From an uncultured Phenylobacterium sp. (GTDB lineage: Bacteria; Pseudomonadota; Alphaproteobacteria; Caulobacterales; Caulobacteraceae), in the NCBI GenBank assembly GCA_964515365.1, contig CAZERE010000001.1:14181-78180 (forward strand): a stretch of DNA of 64,000 bases. The letters run 5' to 3'. The position numbers were made by a program, and so were the translations under genes. This document shows positions 10,012-19,174 of the stretch, in pieces. Every line of letters begins with the position of its first letter. The first letter of the stretch is position 1. The notes below the pieces were generated by a model, which made no database searches, had not been told where the DNA came from, and saw only the letters and a list, made by a program, of their open reading frames with translations.

Positions 10012-11646
10012 ATGCTGCGGATCTCCGAACTCAAACTGTCCCTGGACCACGCCCCGGACGCCTTGCCGGCGGCCATCGCCGGGCGCCTGGGCGTCAGCCA
10101 AGGCGACCTGCTGAGCTGGTCTGTGTGGAAGCGGGCGCACGATGCGCGGCGCAAGTCGGCGATCCTCAAGGTCTACATCGTCGACGCCGAGGTTCGGGAC
10201 GAGGCGGCCGTCAGCCAGCGCCTGGCCGGCGACCCGCATGTGCGGCCGACCCCAGACACCGCCTATCACCCGGTGGCGACCTCCCCGCCGCCTGGACGAC
10301 TGCGGCCGGTGGTGATCGGAGCCGGTCCCTGCGGCCTGTTCGCTGGCCTGATCCTGGCGGAGATGGGCTTTCGGCCGATCATCCTCGACCGCGGCAAGGT
10401 GGTGCGCGAGCGGACCAAGGACACCTGGGCCCTGTGGCGTCGGAGCGAGCTGAACCCGGAGTCCAACGTCCAGTATGGCGAGGGCGGCGCCGGCACCTTT
10501 TCCGACGGCAAGCTCTACAGTCAGATCAAGGATCCGCGCTTTCTCGGCCGCAAGGTGCTGACCGAGTTCGTCGCCGCCGGCGCCCCGCCCGAGATCCTGA
10601 CCGAGGCCCACCCCCATATCGGCACCTTCCGGCTGGTGACCATGGTCGAGGCCATGCGCGCCAAGATCGAGGCCCTGGGCGGGGAGTACCGTTTCCAGCA
10701 GCGGGTCACCGATCTGGAGCTGGACCGCGGCCCGGACGGCGGCCACCGGCTGCGCGGCGTCCACCTGCACACCGGCGAGTTCCTGGAGGCCGATCAGGTG
10801 GTCCTGGCCGTCGGCCATTCCTCCCGCGACACCTTCCAGGCGCTCTATGACCGGGGCGTCCATATCGAGGCCAAGCCCTTCTCCATCGGCTTCCGCATCG
10901 AACATCCGCAGTCCTGGATCGATCAGGCCATGTTCGGCCCCTGCGCCGGTCATCCGGACCTGGGGGCGGCGGCCTATTCCCTGTCGCACCCCTGCGCCAA
11001 TGGCCGGACCGCCTATTCCTTCTGCATGTGTCCAGGGGGCACGGTGGTGGCCGCGGCGTCCGAACCCGGCCGTCTGGTGACCAACGGCATGAGCCAGTAT
11101 TCGCGCAATGAGCGCAACGCCAACGCCGGCTTCGTGGTCGGCGTCTCGCCGGCCGACTATCCCAGCGACCATCCCCTGGCCGGGATCGAGCTGCAGCGGG
11201 AGCTGGAAGGCCGGGCCTTCACAGCCGGCGGCGGCGACTATTTCGCGCCGGGCCAGCGGGTCGGCGACTTCCTGGCGGGCCAGGCCTCCACCAGCCTCGG
11301 CGTGGTGGAGCCCAGCTACAAGCCCGGCGTCCGGGCGACCGACCTGGCCGCCCTGATGCCCGACTATGTGATCGAGGCCATGCGCGAGGCCCTGCCGGTC
11401 TTTGGCCGCAGGATCCCGCGCTATGACGACCCCGAGGCCCTGCTGACCGGGGTCGAGACCCGCACATCCTCGCCCATCCGCATCACCCGCGACGCCGGCT
11501 TCCAGAGTCTGAACGTGCGCGGCCTGTTCCCGGCTGGCGAAGGCGCCGGCTATGCAGGCGGCATCTTCTCGGCCGCCGTCGACGGCATCAAGGTCGCTGA
11601 AGCCGTCGCCCGGGCCATGGCGCAGACGGGCGCTGCAGCCGCTTGA
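10012..11646 (+). CDS. NAD(P)/FAD-dependent oxidoreductase (uncharacterised family)
   Basis: VIGAGPCG, GEGGAGTFSDGKL, FCMCPGG, GEGAGYAGGI; start re-called at ATG 10012. Confidence 0.9.
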   Translation: MLRISELKLSLDHAPDALPAAIAGRLGVSQGDLLSWSVWKRAHDARRKSAILKVYIVDAEVRDEAAVSQRLAGDPHVRPTPDTAYHPVATSPPPGRLRPVVIGAGPCGLFAGLILAEMGFRPIILDRGKVVRERTKDTWALWRRSELNPESNVQYGEGGAGTFSDGKLYSQIKDPRFLGRKVLTEFVAAGAPPEILTEAHPHIGTFRLVTMVEAMRAKIEALGGEYRFQQRVTDLELDRGPDGGHRLRGVHLHTGEFLEADQVVLAVGHSSRDTFQALYDRGVHIEAKPFSIGFRIEHPQSWIDQAMFGPCAGHPDLGAAAYSLSHPCANGRTAYSFCMCPGGTVVAAASEPGRLVTNGMSQYSRNERNANAGFVVGVSPADYPSDHPLAGIELQRELEGRAFTAGGGDYFAPGQRVGDFLAGQASTSLGVVEPSYKPGVRATDLAALMPDYVIEAMREALPVFGRRIPRYDDPEALLTGVETRTSSPIRITRDAGFQSLNVRGLFPAGEGAGYAGGIFSAAVDGIKVAEAVARAMAQTGAAAA

Positions 11647-11655
11647 CGCACCGGC

Positions 11656-12438
11656 TCAGGCCTGGCCCAGATGACGCTTCCAGAAGGGCAGCCAGGAGTC
11701 GCGCTCGTGGGCGGGGATCTCGACGTGGCGGCCCGGATTGACGTGCAGCGTCTTCTCCGTCGAGCCGAAGGCGTCGAACAGGGCGATCCCCTGGTCGCGC
11801 TTCATCAGCTCATCCTCCCACTGGTAGACGAACATCAGCGGGATCTTGATCTGCTCGGCGGCGGCCTTGTGATCTTCGAGCCCCGGAAAGACGCCGAACA
11901 GGCCGAAGATGGCGCAGGCGATCCGAGGCTCCTCGGCGACAAACGGCACGCCGAAGCGCGTGCCCATGGAGACGCCCCAATAGCCGACCCTGTGGTCTGA
12001 GCCGACGAAGTCCAGGCCCTGGACGGCGTCCAGAGTGGCCTTCCATTCAGCGGTCACCTTGGCGACGGTCTCGGGGTCGCGGGAGAGCTTCGGCCGCTCG
12101 CCCGCATCGGGGCGCCTGCCCTCCTGGGCGGCGCGGCCGGCGGCCAGGGCTGCGGCGCGGCCCTTTTCAGCGGCCTCGCGGCTGATGCGGTCCCCATGGC
12201 CCGGCGCATCTATGGCCACGGTGGCATAGCCCAGCGTCTGGGCGTGGGTGACGGCGGCGCCGGCGATGTTGGCCGCCTTCTTGTGCTGCGAGCCCCCGTG
12301 GCCCAGCAGGATCAGGGGCCGCGAGCCCTTGGCGCCTTCCGGCGTCCAGACGCAGCCCGGCACCGTGTCGCCGCCGACCTCGAGACGGAACTCCCGCCGC
12401 GTGACGCCGTCCTCGGTCTTCTCGCCGATGAAGTCCAT
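11656..12438 (-). CDS. Alpha/beta-fold hydrolase
   Basis: GHGG, DAPGHG, nucleophile elbow GVSMG, C-terminal PGRH. Confidence 0.85.
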   Translation of the reverse strand: MDFIGEKTEDGVTRREFRLEVGGDTVPGCVWTPEGAKGSRPLILLGHGGSQHKKAANIAGAAVTHAQTLGYATVAIDAPGHGDRISREAAEKGRAAALAAGRAAQEGRRPDAGERPKLSRDPETVAKVTAEWKATLDAVQGLDFVGSDHRVGYWGVSMGTRFGVPFVAEEPRIACAIFGLFGVFPGLEDHKAAAEQIKIPLMFVYQWEDELMKRDQGIALFDAFGSTEKTLHVNPGRHVEIPAHERDSWLPFWKRHLGQA

Positions 12439-12456
12439 ATGGCTCTTCCCTCTTGC

Positions 12457-13644
12457 CTAAGCCGCCGCGCCGGCCGGATCGGGCAGACCCAGGATGCGCT
12501 TGGAGATGATGTTGTTCTGGATCTCGTAGGAGCCGGCATAGATGGTCGAGGCCTTGCCCGAGAGCCATTCGCGGGTGTTGGCCAGGGCGTCGGGACCGAA
12601 ACCTTCGCCCTCCCAGCCCAGCCCGCCCAGGCCATAGATCTCCAGCAGCAGCTCGGCCCGGGTCTGGTTCACCACCGAAGACACGTTCTTCAGGATCGAG
12701 GTCGCCGCACTGGGTCCCGCCCCCTTGGACTCTGCGGCGGCGCGATCCATGGTCAGCCGCAGCAGCCTGCGCTCCATCAGGTGCTCGGTCAGCCGGCGGC
12801 GAATGTCTGTGTCGGCCAGGCGTCCGGAGGCGTCGATACCGAGGTTTTCGACCGCGACCTCGTTCAAGGGCCGGCCCTCCCCCGGGCGGGCCGGCGCGTC
12901 CTCGCTGCGCTGGCGCTCGTACTGCAGCAGGCGCTTGCCCACCGTCCAGCCGCCGTTGAGCGGCCCCAGCAGGTTTTCCTTGGGCACCTTCACATCGGTG
13001 AAAAAGGTCTCGCAGAAGGGCGAGGAACCCGAGATCAGCCGGATCGGCCGCACCTCAATCCCGGGCGAGGCCATGTCGATCATCAGGAAGCTGATGCCCT
13101 CATGCTTGCGTGTCGTGTCGGTGCGCACCAGGCAGAAGCACCAGTCGGCGTACTGGGCGCCGGAGGTCCAGATCTTCTGGCCGTTGACGACGAAGTGGTC
13201 GCCGGCGTCCTGCGCCCGCGTCTGCAGCGAGGCGAGGTCAGAGCCGGCGCCCGGCTCCGAATAGCCCTGGCACCAGCGGGTCTCGCCGCGGGCGATGGGC
13301 GGAATGTGGCGCTGCTTCTGGGCCTCGGTTCCGTATTCCAGCAGGGTGGGGCCGAACATCCGCACCCCCATGGACCAGCCGATAGGGTTCCAGCCGCCCG
13401 CCCTGCGGATCTCCTCCCGGACCACGCGGGCCTCGGCCGGCGTGAGCCCGCCGCCGCCATACGCCGCCGGCCAGGTGGGCGCGCCCCAACCCTTGGCGCA
13501 CAGGCGAGTCTTCCAGGTTTCCAGCGCTTCGGCGTCGCCGGCGGCCGGCTGTCCCATGACAGGCGCGCGGCCGGCCAATTCCCGGGGGAAGTTGTCGGCC
13601 ACCCAGGCGCGGACGGCGACGCGGAGTTCGTCGAGCTCAGTCAT
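12457..13644 (-). CDS. Acyl-CoA dehydrogenase
   Basis: WCQGYSEPGAGSDLASL, NGQKIWTS, TIYAGSYEIQ; start re-called at ATG 13644. Confidence 0.95.
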   Translation of the reverse strand: MTELDELRVAVRAWVADNFPRELAGRAPVMGQPAAGDAEALETWKTRLCAKGWGAPTWPAAYGGGGLTPAEARVVREEIRRAGGWNPIGWSMGVRMFGPTLLEYGTEAQKQRHIPPIARGETRWCQGYSEPGAGSDLASLQTRAQDAGDHFVVNGQKIWTSGAQYADWCFCLVRTDTTRKHEGISFLMIDMASPGIEVRPIRLISGSSPFCETFFTDVKVPKENLLGPLNGGWTVGKRLLQYERQRSEDAPARPGEGRPLNEVAVENLGIDASGRLADTDIRRRLTEHLMERRLLRLTMDRAAAESKGAGPSAATSILKNVSSVVNQTRAELLLEIYGLGGLGWEGEGFGPDALANTREWLSGKASTIYAGSYEIQNNIISKRILGLPDPAGAAA

Positions 13645-13663
13645 GGCGTCCTGGGTAGGTCTG

Positions 13664-13680
13664 ATTGGTGCGACCGTCAA
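13664..13680. promoter_or_regulatory. Putative operator, copy 1 (TGAC-N5-CACCA)
   Basis: ATTGGTGcgacCGTCAA. Confidence 0.55.
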
Positions 13681-13747
13681 CAATGAGGCCAGACCCATCC
13701 CCGCGAACCGCGCCGGCGCCCCGGTTGCGAACCCGCCGATCTTATGT

Positions 13748-13764
13748 ATTGGTGTCTTCGTCAA
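13748..13764. promoter_or_regulatory. Putative operator, copy 2
   Basis: ATTGGTGtcttCGTCAA, a direct repeat of copy 1. Confidence 0.55.
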
Positions 13765-13789
13765 AAAGAACACGCCGAGAGGAAACCCC

Positions 13790-14929
13790 ATGGCCCCCTA
13801 TGCCAGCGGCCGCGTCTTTCATGACGCCGATAGCCATGTGATGGAGCCCGGCGACTGGCTGGTCCCCCATGCGCAAGGCGCCCTGCTCGACCACCTGAAA
13901 AAGCGAAAGTCGGCCGAGCGGGTCGAGACTCAGGTCGCCGCCGCCCGCGCCCGTGCTGATGATCCGGAAGCCGCCCGCAAGGCCGCAGAGAAGCTGGTCG
14001 ATGGCCCCAAGGGCTGGATCGCCTATGGCGCCTTCGACGCGCAGGAGCGCAAGCGCGCCCTCGACGAGCTCGGCTTTTCCCGACAGCTGGTGTTCGCCAC
14101 CTCATCCCTGGCCCACTTCCGCGGCGCCGAGGATCCCGAGGTGCTGTTCGCCGGCGCCCGGGCGCACAACCGGGCCATGGCCGCCTTCTGCGCCGATCCG
14201 CGCCTGATCGGCGTCGGCTTCGTGCCGCTCGATGATCCCCAAAGGGCCGTGGAGATCGCCAAGGAGGCCATCGAGCTCGGCTGCGGCGCCTTCTGGGTGC
14301 CCTCCACCCCGGCCGGCGAGCGCTCGCCGGGCCATCCCGACCTCGACCCCTTCTGGTCGCTGCTGGCGGAGAAGCGCATCCCCTTCATGCTGCACATCGG
14401 CCAGGGGTCGCGGGTCCTGCCCAAGGCCTACAACAACAACGGCAAGCCGCGCTCGCCCGACCTGCACGGCGGCGGCGAGAACCTGCGCTTCCAGGACTTC
14501 ATCGTCCTGCCCTTCTCGGCCCAGATGTTCCTGGCGGCCATGGTCTATGATGGGCTGTTCGATCGCGTACCGGACCTGCGGGGCGGGGTGATCGAGTTCG
14601 GGGCGGCCTGGGTTCCGGGCTTCCTGCGCCAGATCGACCTGGGCTATCGCAGCTTTTCCAAGACCGACCCGCAGCTCAAGGCCCTGGCCATGAAGCCGTC
14701 GGAATACATGCGCAAGCACGTCAAGTTCACCCCCTTCCCGGGCGAGGATGTGGGCCACCTGATCGCCGACGCCGGCGCTGACCTCTTCCTGTTTTCCAGC
14801 GACTATCCGCACCCCGAAGGCACCACCGATCCCATCGGCCGGTTCGAGCGGACCTTCGAAGGCCTCAGCGAGGACGATCGCGAGCGGTTCTACAGCCGCA
14901 ATTTCGAAGAGATGATGGGCGCGTTCTAG
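13790..14929 (+). CDS. Amidohydrolase_2-family metalloenzyme
   Basis: DADSHVMEP, MLHIG, FSSDYPHPEG; GAGG RBS; start re-called at ATG 13790. Confidence 0.9.
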   Translation: MAPYASGRVFHDADSHVMEPGDWLVPHAQGALLDHLKKRKSAERVETQVAAARARADDPEAARKAAEKLVDGPKGWIAYGAFDAQERKRALDELGFSRQLVFATSSLAHFRGAEDPEVLFAGARAHNRAMAAFCADPRLIGVGFVPLDDPQRAVEIAKEAIELGCGAFWVPSTPAGERSPGHPDLDPFWSLLAEKRIPFMLHIGQGSRVLPKAYNNNGKPRSPDLHGGGENLRFQDFIVLPFSAQMFLAAMVYDGLFDRVPDLRGGVIEFGAAWVPGFLRQIDLGYRSFSKTDPQLKALAMKPSEYMRKHVKFTPFPGEDVGHLIADAGADLFLFSSDYPHPEGTTDPIGRFERTFEGLSEDDRERFYSRNFEEMMGAF

Positions 14930-14953
14930 AGCGCCTGCGACAGGGAGACACCC

Positions 14954-15799
14954 ATGGCCGACACCATCCAGGGCAAGATCATCGAGGGCGAATTTCGCAC
15001 GCCCCATAACGGCTTCCAGCAGGCGCCGGGCTCGATCCACAATGACGAGGTGGCCTCAAAGCTCGGCTTCAAGGGCGGCACGGTGCCGGGCTCGGTGCAC
15101 ATGGACCAGTTCGCCCCCATGCTGGTGGAGACCTATGGCGCCGACTGGTTCGCCCGCGGGAACATGTCCCTGCACTTCACCCAGGCGACGGTGGACCGCG
15201 AGGAGGTCAAGGCTGTGATGGCGGCGGCCAGCCCGCGCTCACGCCTGACCATGTTCAACCGCGAGGGCGACCAGGTCTGCGTGGGCACCGCCAGCGGCGA
15301 GACCCGTGACGCGGAGTCGGAGATGGCCCGCCGCATGGCCACCCAGGCTCTGGCGTCGCCTGGGGCGCTTCGCATACTGGCGGGCTACAAGGTCGGCGAC
15401 GTCAACACCGACATCCCCATGCGCGTCGAAGCCGAGGCGCTGGAAAAGGCGTTGGGCCGCATCACCGAAAAGCTGGCGCTGTACGACGAGGGGGTTCTGC
15501 CGCCCTCTCACCTCATCAAGCTCGCCCATATGAGCCGCCCGACGGTTCTGGCCAAGGTGAACCAGTCGGTGGGTCTGTTCGGGGCCCTGGAGATCCGCAT
15601 CATGGACGGGCCGCTCAAGGCCGGTCGCGACTATGTCGGGCGGACCACCATGCTGAAACTCACCGAAAGCCCAAAGACCGAAAACGCCTGGTACGATGTC
15701 GATATCGCCGACGCCGCAACGGGCAAGGACGTGGCCACGGTCACCTTCATGATCCGCTTCATGAAGGCCTCCTCCCCCCTCTGGGCCAAGTCGGCCTGA
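14954..15799 (+). CDS. Hypothetical protein, probable double hotdog (MaoC-like) fold
   Basis: SIHNDEVASKLGFKGGTVPG resembles the MaoC hydratase motif; GGAG RBS. Confidence 0.65.
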   Translation: MADTIQGKIIEGEFRTPHNGFQQAPGSIHNDEVASKLGFKGGTVPGSVHMDQFAPMLVETYGADWFARGNMSLHFTQATVDREEVKAVMAAASPRSRLTMFNREGDQVCVGTASGETRDAESEMARRMATQALASPGALRILAGYKVGDVNTDIPMRVEAEALEKALGRITEKLALYDEGVLPPSHLIKLAHMSRPTVLAKVNQSVGLFGALEIRIMDGPLKAGRDYVGRTTMLKLTESPKTENAWYDVDIADAATGKDVATVTFMIRFMKASSPLWAKSA

Positions 15800-15818
15800 G
15801 GAGGTAAGCCTTGGCCCC

Positions 15819-16688
15819 ATGGCCGCCCCGCGACACCCCGCCGAGACATCTTCCCCGCCGCGCCTGACGCGGGAAGCCCTGTACGATCAGGTCTGGACGA
15901 CGCCGCTATCGACCCTGGCGGTCCGGTGGGGCATCAGCCGTAGCGGCCTGGCCAAGATCTGCGACCGGCTGATGGTGCCCTATCCCGGGCGCGGCTACTG
16001 GAATGCGCGGAAGGCCCAGCGCCCGCCCCTGCCGCCGGCGCCTGCAGGGATCGAGGCGGTGATCGACCTGTCGGCGCGGGCCGGCCGCGCCCGCCGCGAC
16101 CGGACCCGGCTCTCACCGGACGCCCGCCAGGATCAGCTGATGGCCGCCGCCGCGACCATCATCACGGCCGAGGGCCTGCATGCGGCGACCATGAAGCGCG
16201 TCGCCCGTGAGACGGGCCTGAGCGAGGCCCAGGCCCACAACCTCTTTCCCCGGCGCGCCGATCTGTTGACCGCGCTCGCCCGGCGGGAGCTGGCGGCCAT
16301 GAATGACGAGCGCCAGGCCGAGATCGAACGGGGACAGGACAATCTGACCCGGGTGACCCTTTCGACCCTGGCCTATCTGCGCCAGGTGGAAGAACGCGGC
16401 GCCCTGATCCAGCGGCTGCTCAACAGTCCCGAGGTGCGCGCCGGCCTGCGGGCCGAGCGGGAAGCCCAGAGCGGCTATTCCCGGCGGCGCATGACCGAGC
16501 GTCTGCAGACCCGCTACGGCGTCGAGGCCGATCTGGCGCGCGGCGCGACCGTGGTGCTGACGGCCGTCTGCCTGCGGGCCGGCCGGCTGCTGGCGGAGAA
16601 GAAGATCCCCCTGTCCATGGCCGAGCGGTTGAGCCTGGCCATCGTCACCGGCGGCAACCGCGAGATCGTCCGCGAAGGCCGCAGCTAG
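15819..16688 (+). CDS. TetR-family regulator with an extra N-terminal HTH-like domain
   Basis: N-terminal TREALYDQVW...GLAKICDRL..PGRGYW domain, then TetR HTH GLHAATMKRVARETGLS. Confidence 0.85.
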   Translation: MAAPRHPAETSSPPRLTREALYDQVWTTPLSTLAVRWGISRSGLAKICDRLMVPYPGRGYWNARKAQRPPLPPAPAGIEAVIDLSARAGRARRDRTRLSPDARQDQLMAAAATIITAEGLHAATMKRVARETGLSEAQAHNLFPRRADLLTALARRELAAMNDERQAEIERGQDNLTRVTLSTLAYLRQVEERGALIQRLLNSPEVRAGLRAEREAQSGYSRRRMTERLQTRYGVEADLARGATVVLTAVCLRAGRLLAEKKIPLSMAERLSLAIVTGGNREIVREGRS

Positions 16689-17300
16689 CTAGACGTCCGG
16701 CGTCAGGGCCCGCAGGGAAGACCCCATCAGGCGCGTGGTGAGCTCGCGCCCCCGCTCGCGGGTCAGATCGCCGGCATGGACCAGGCGACCGGCCTCCTCC
16801 GGGATGGTGGTCATCAGACTGAGCGCCGCCACGGCTTCCTTGGGCGACAGGCGCAGGGTTGCGCGGCCGGCGCGCGCCAGCCGCCGGGCGACACGGTCGC
16901 GGATGGCGGCGAGCGCGGGATCGATCTTGCCCGCCATGAAGGGATCGCGCAGGACGATATGCGCCGCCGGCCCCACCTGGGCCACCTCTTCGAAGTAGAG
17001 CCCCGCGCAAGCCTGGGCGGCGTCGAACAGGTCCGCAAGAGCCGCCGCATCCTCCAGCCCCGCCGCCAGCAGCGCGGCGATCCGGCGGGCCAGAAGCGCG
17101 TTGGCCAGGTCGTGCTGGTTGGGAAAATAGGCGTAGATCAGCGCCTTGCTGACCTGGGCGTCCCGCGCCAGGTCCTCCAGGGGCAAGGGCAGCCCGCCAT
17201 GGGCGATCAGCAGGGCCTCGGCGGCGTCGAGGATCTGGCCCCGCCGCACCTCAGGGGAAAGCCGGGCGCGGCCACCCCTCTGCGCCGTTTCGGACCTCAT
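16689..17300 (-). CDS. TetR-family regulator
   Basis: RRGQILDAA...LEDLARDAQVSKALIYAYFPN. Confidence 0.9.
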   Translation of the reverse strand: MRSETAQRGGRARLSPEVRRGQILDAAEALLIAHGGLPLPLEDLARDAQVSKALIYAYFPNQHDLANALLARRIAALLAAGLEDAAALADLFDAAQACAGLYFEEVAQVGPAAHIVLRDPFMAGKIDPALAAIRDRVARRLARAGRATLRLSPKEAVAALSLMTTIPEEAGRLVHAGDLTRERGRELTTRLMGSSLRALTPDV

Positions 17301-17365
17301 GGGGGATTTGTGGGCCGCGTCTGGCGCCTAGGCAAGTTCCGCTGTGCGGAAGGCCACGCCGTCTA

Positions 17366-17382
17366 GTGACATTCGCACCATT
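17366..17382. promoter_or_regulatory. Putative operator, copy 3
   Basis: GTGACattcgCACCATT; copy 1 reverse complement is TTGACggtcgCACCAAT. Confidence 0.5.
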
Positions 17383-17456
17383 AGTGATCCATATTGCGCG
17401 GGCTAGGCCATTCATGAAGACGCCATCGAGAGCGTCGCGGCCGGCAGGGAGGCCCT

Positions 17457-19025
17457 ATGGCTGGACGGCTCGACGACGATTCCGCAAACGACCTGAAGGC
17501 CGCCGCCGAGCTTGGCATGGCTCCGGCCTTCTGGGCCGCCCGCCAGCCCGACAAGGTCGCCATCTTCGAGATGTCGGGGCCGACCCGCACCTTCGAGGCG
17601 CTCAACGCCAATGCGAACCGCATCGCCCGGCTGCTGCGGGATCAGGGGCTGAAGCCCGGGGACTCTGTCGCCCTGCTCTGCCCCAACCGGGCCGAATTCG
17701 TCGACGTGCTGTTCGCCACCCAGCGCTGCGGCCTGCGCATGACGCCGGTGAACTGGCACCTGACGCCCGAAGAGATCGCCTATGTCATCGACAACTGCGA
17801 GGCCCGCGCCCTGTTCGCCGACGCTGCGGTGGCCGGCGCGGCCGACGCCGCCGCGCAGTGCCCGGGTCTGGTCCTGAAGATCGCCATCGGCGGGCCGCTG
17901 CCCGGCTTCCTGGACTATGAGGACGCCCTCGGCCCCTATTCCGGCGCCGACATCGACGATCCGGTGCGCGGCCACACCATGCTCTATTCGTCGGGCACCA
18001 CCGGCCGGCCCAAGGGCGTCTACAAGCCCAACGCCCCGATCCCGACCTATGACCCGGCCTATCAGGACGACGACGTCCACTTCTGCACCGGGCCGGCCTA
18101 TCACGCCTCGCCCATGGCCGGGGATGTGCGCAAGGCCCTGGTGAATGGCGTGCCGACGGTGCTGCTGGACCGCTGGGACAATGAGACGGTGCTGGCCACC
18201 ATCGAGGCCCGCCGGGTCACCCGCAGCCACTTCGTGCCGATCATGTTCCAGCGCCTGCTCGCCCTGCCCGAGGATGTACGCGCCAGGTACGATCTCAGCT
18301 CCCTGCGACGCATCTCCCACGGCGCGGCCCCCTGCCCGCCGGAGGTCAAGCAGGCCATGATCGAATGGCTGGGCCCGGTGCTGTTTGAATACTATGCCGG
18401 CTCCGAGGGCGGGGTCGGCTTCTGGATCACCTCCCAGGACTGGCTGAAGAAGCCCGGCACGGTGGGCCGGCGGCCCGATCCGGAGGCGGCGAAGATCCTC
18501 GACGAAGCCGGGAACGAGCTGCCCCCTGGCCAGGCCGGGACGATCTATATGCGCCTCGCCGACCAGGGCGGGTTCGAATATTTCAAGGACAGCGCCAAGA
18601 CCGACTCCGGCCGCCGCGACGGCTATTTCACCATGGGCGACGTCGGCTATTTCGACGAGGACGGCTACCTGTTCCTGACCGGCCGCAGCGCCGAGACGAT
18701 CATCGTCGGCGGGGTGAACATCTATCCGCAGGAGATCGACAACGAACTGATCAAGCATCCCGCCGTGGCCGATTCCTGCACGGTCGGCGTGCCCCACGAG
18801 GAGTATGGCGAGGAGGTTCGGGCGGTGATCGAACTGGCCGCCGGCTATGCCCCGTCCGAGGCGCTGAAGGACGAGATCCTGGCCTATGCCCGCACCGCGG
18901 TGGCCAAGTACAAGATCCCCCGCGGCGTGGACTTCGTGCCGCGGCTGCCCCGTAGCGAGGCGGGCAAGATCCAGCGCAACAAGGTCCGCGCCCCCTATTG
19001 GGAAGGCCGCGCCCGGGCGATCTGA
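17457..19025 (+). CDS. Acyl-CoA synthetase (AMP-forming)
   Basis: YSSGTTGRPKGV, EYYAGSEG, TMGDVG, LPRSEAGKI. Confidence 0.95.
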   Translation: MAGRLDDDSANDLKAAAELGMAPAFWAARQPDKVAIFEMSGPTRTFEALNANANRIARLLRDQGLKPGDSVALLCPNRAEFVDVLFATQRCGLRMTPVNWHLTPEEIAYVIDNCEARALFADAAVAGAADAAAQCPGLVLKIAIGGPLPGFLDYEDALGPYSGADIDDPVRGHTMLYSSGTTGRPKGVYKPNAPIPTYDPAYQDDDVHFCTGPAYHASPMAGDVRKALVNGVPTVLLDRWDNETVLATIEARRVTRSHFVPIMFQRLLALPEDVRARYDLSSLRRISHGAAPCPPEVKQAMIEWLGPVLFEYYAGSEGGVGFWITSQDWLKKPGTVGRRPDPEAAKILDEAGNELPPGQAGTIYMRLADQGGFEYFKDSAKTDSGRRDGYFTMGDVGYFDEDGYLFLTGRSAETIIVGGVNIYPQEIDNELIKHPAVADSCTVGVPHEEYGEEVRAVIELAAGYAPSEALKDEILAYARTAVAKYKIPRGVDFVPRLPRSEAGKIQRNKVRAPYWEGRARAI

Positions 19026-19026
19026 C

Positions 19027-19052
19027 GGAACATGGCGCGCCCGCGCCGAGTT
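19027..19052 (+). promoter_or_regulatory. SigT/EcfG-type promoter (possible)
   Basis: GGAAC-N17-AGTT upstream of the kinase. Confidence 0.45.
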
Positions 19053-19174
19053 ACTTCCACTGGCCCCGACGAAATGTGGTAGGCATTAAAGTAGAGGTTG
19101 CAGCCTCAGCCAGCCACGGCTCCGCGTTGCAATCTACCCGGCTGTGGCCTCGCACCCTGAGCCCGCGGGGACCC

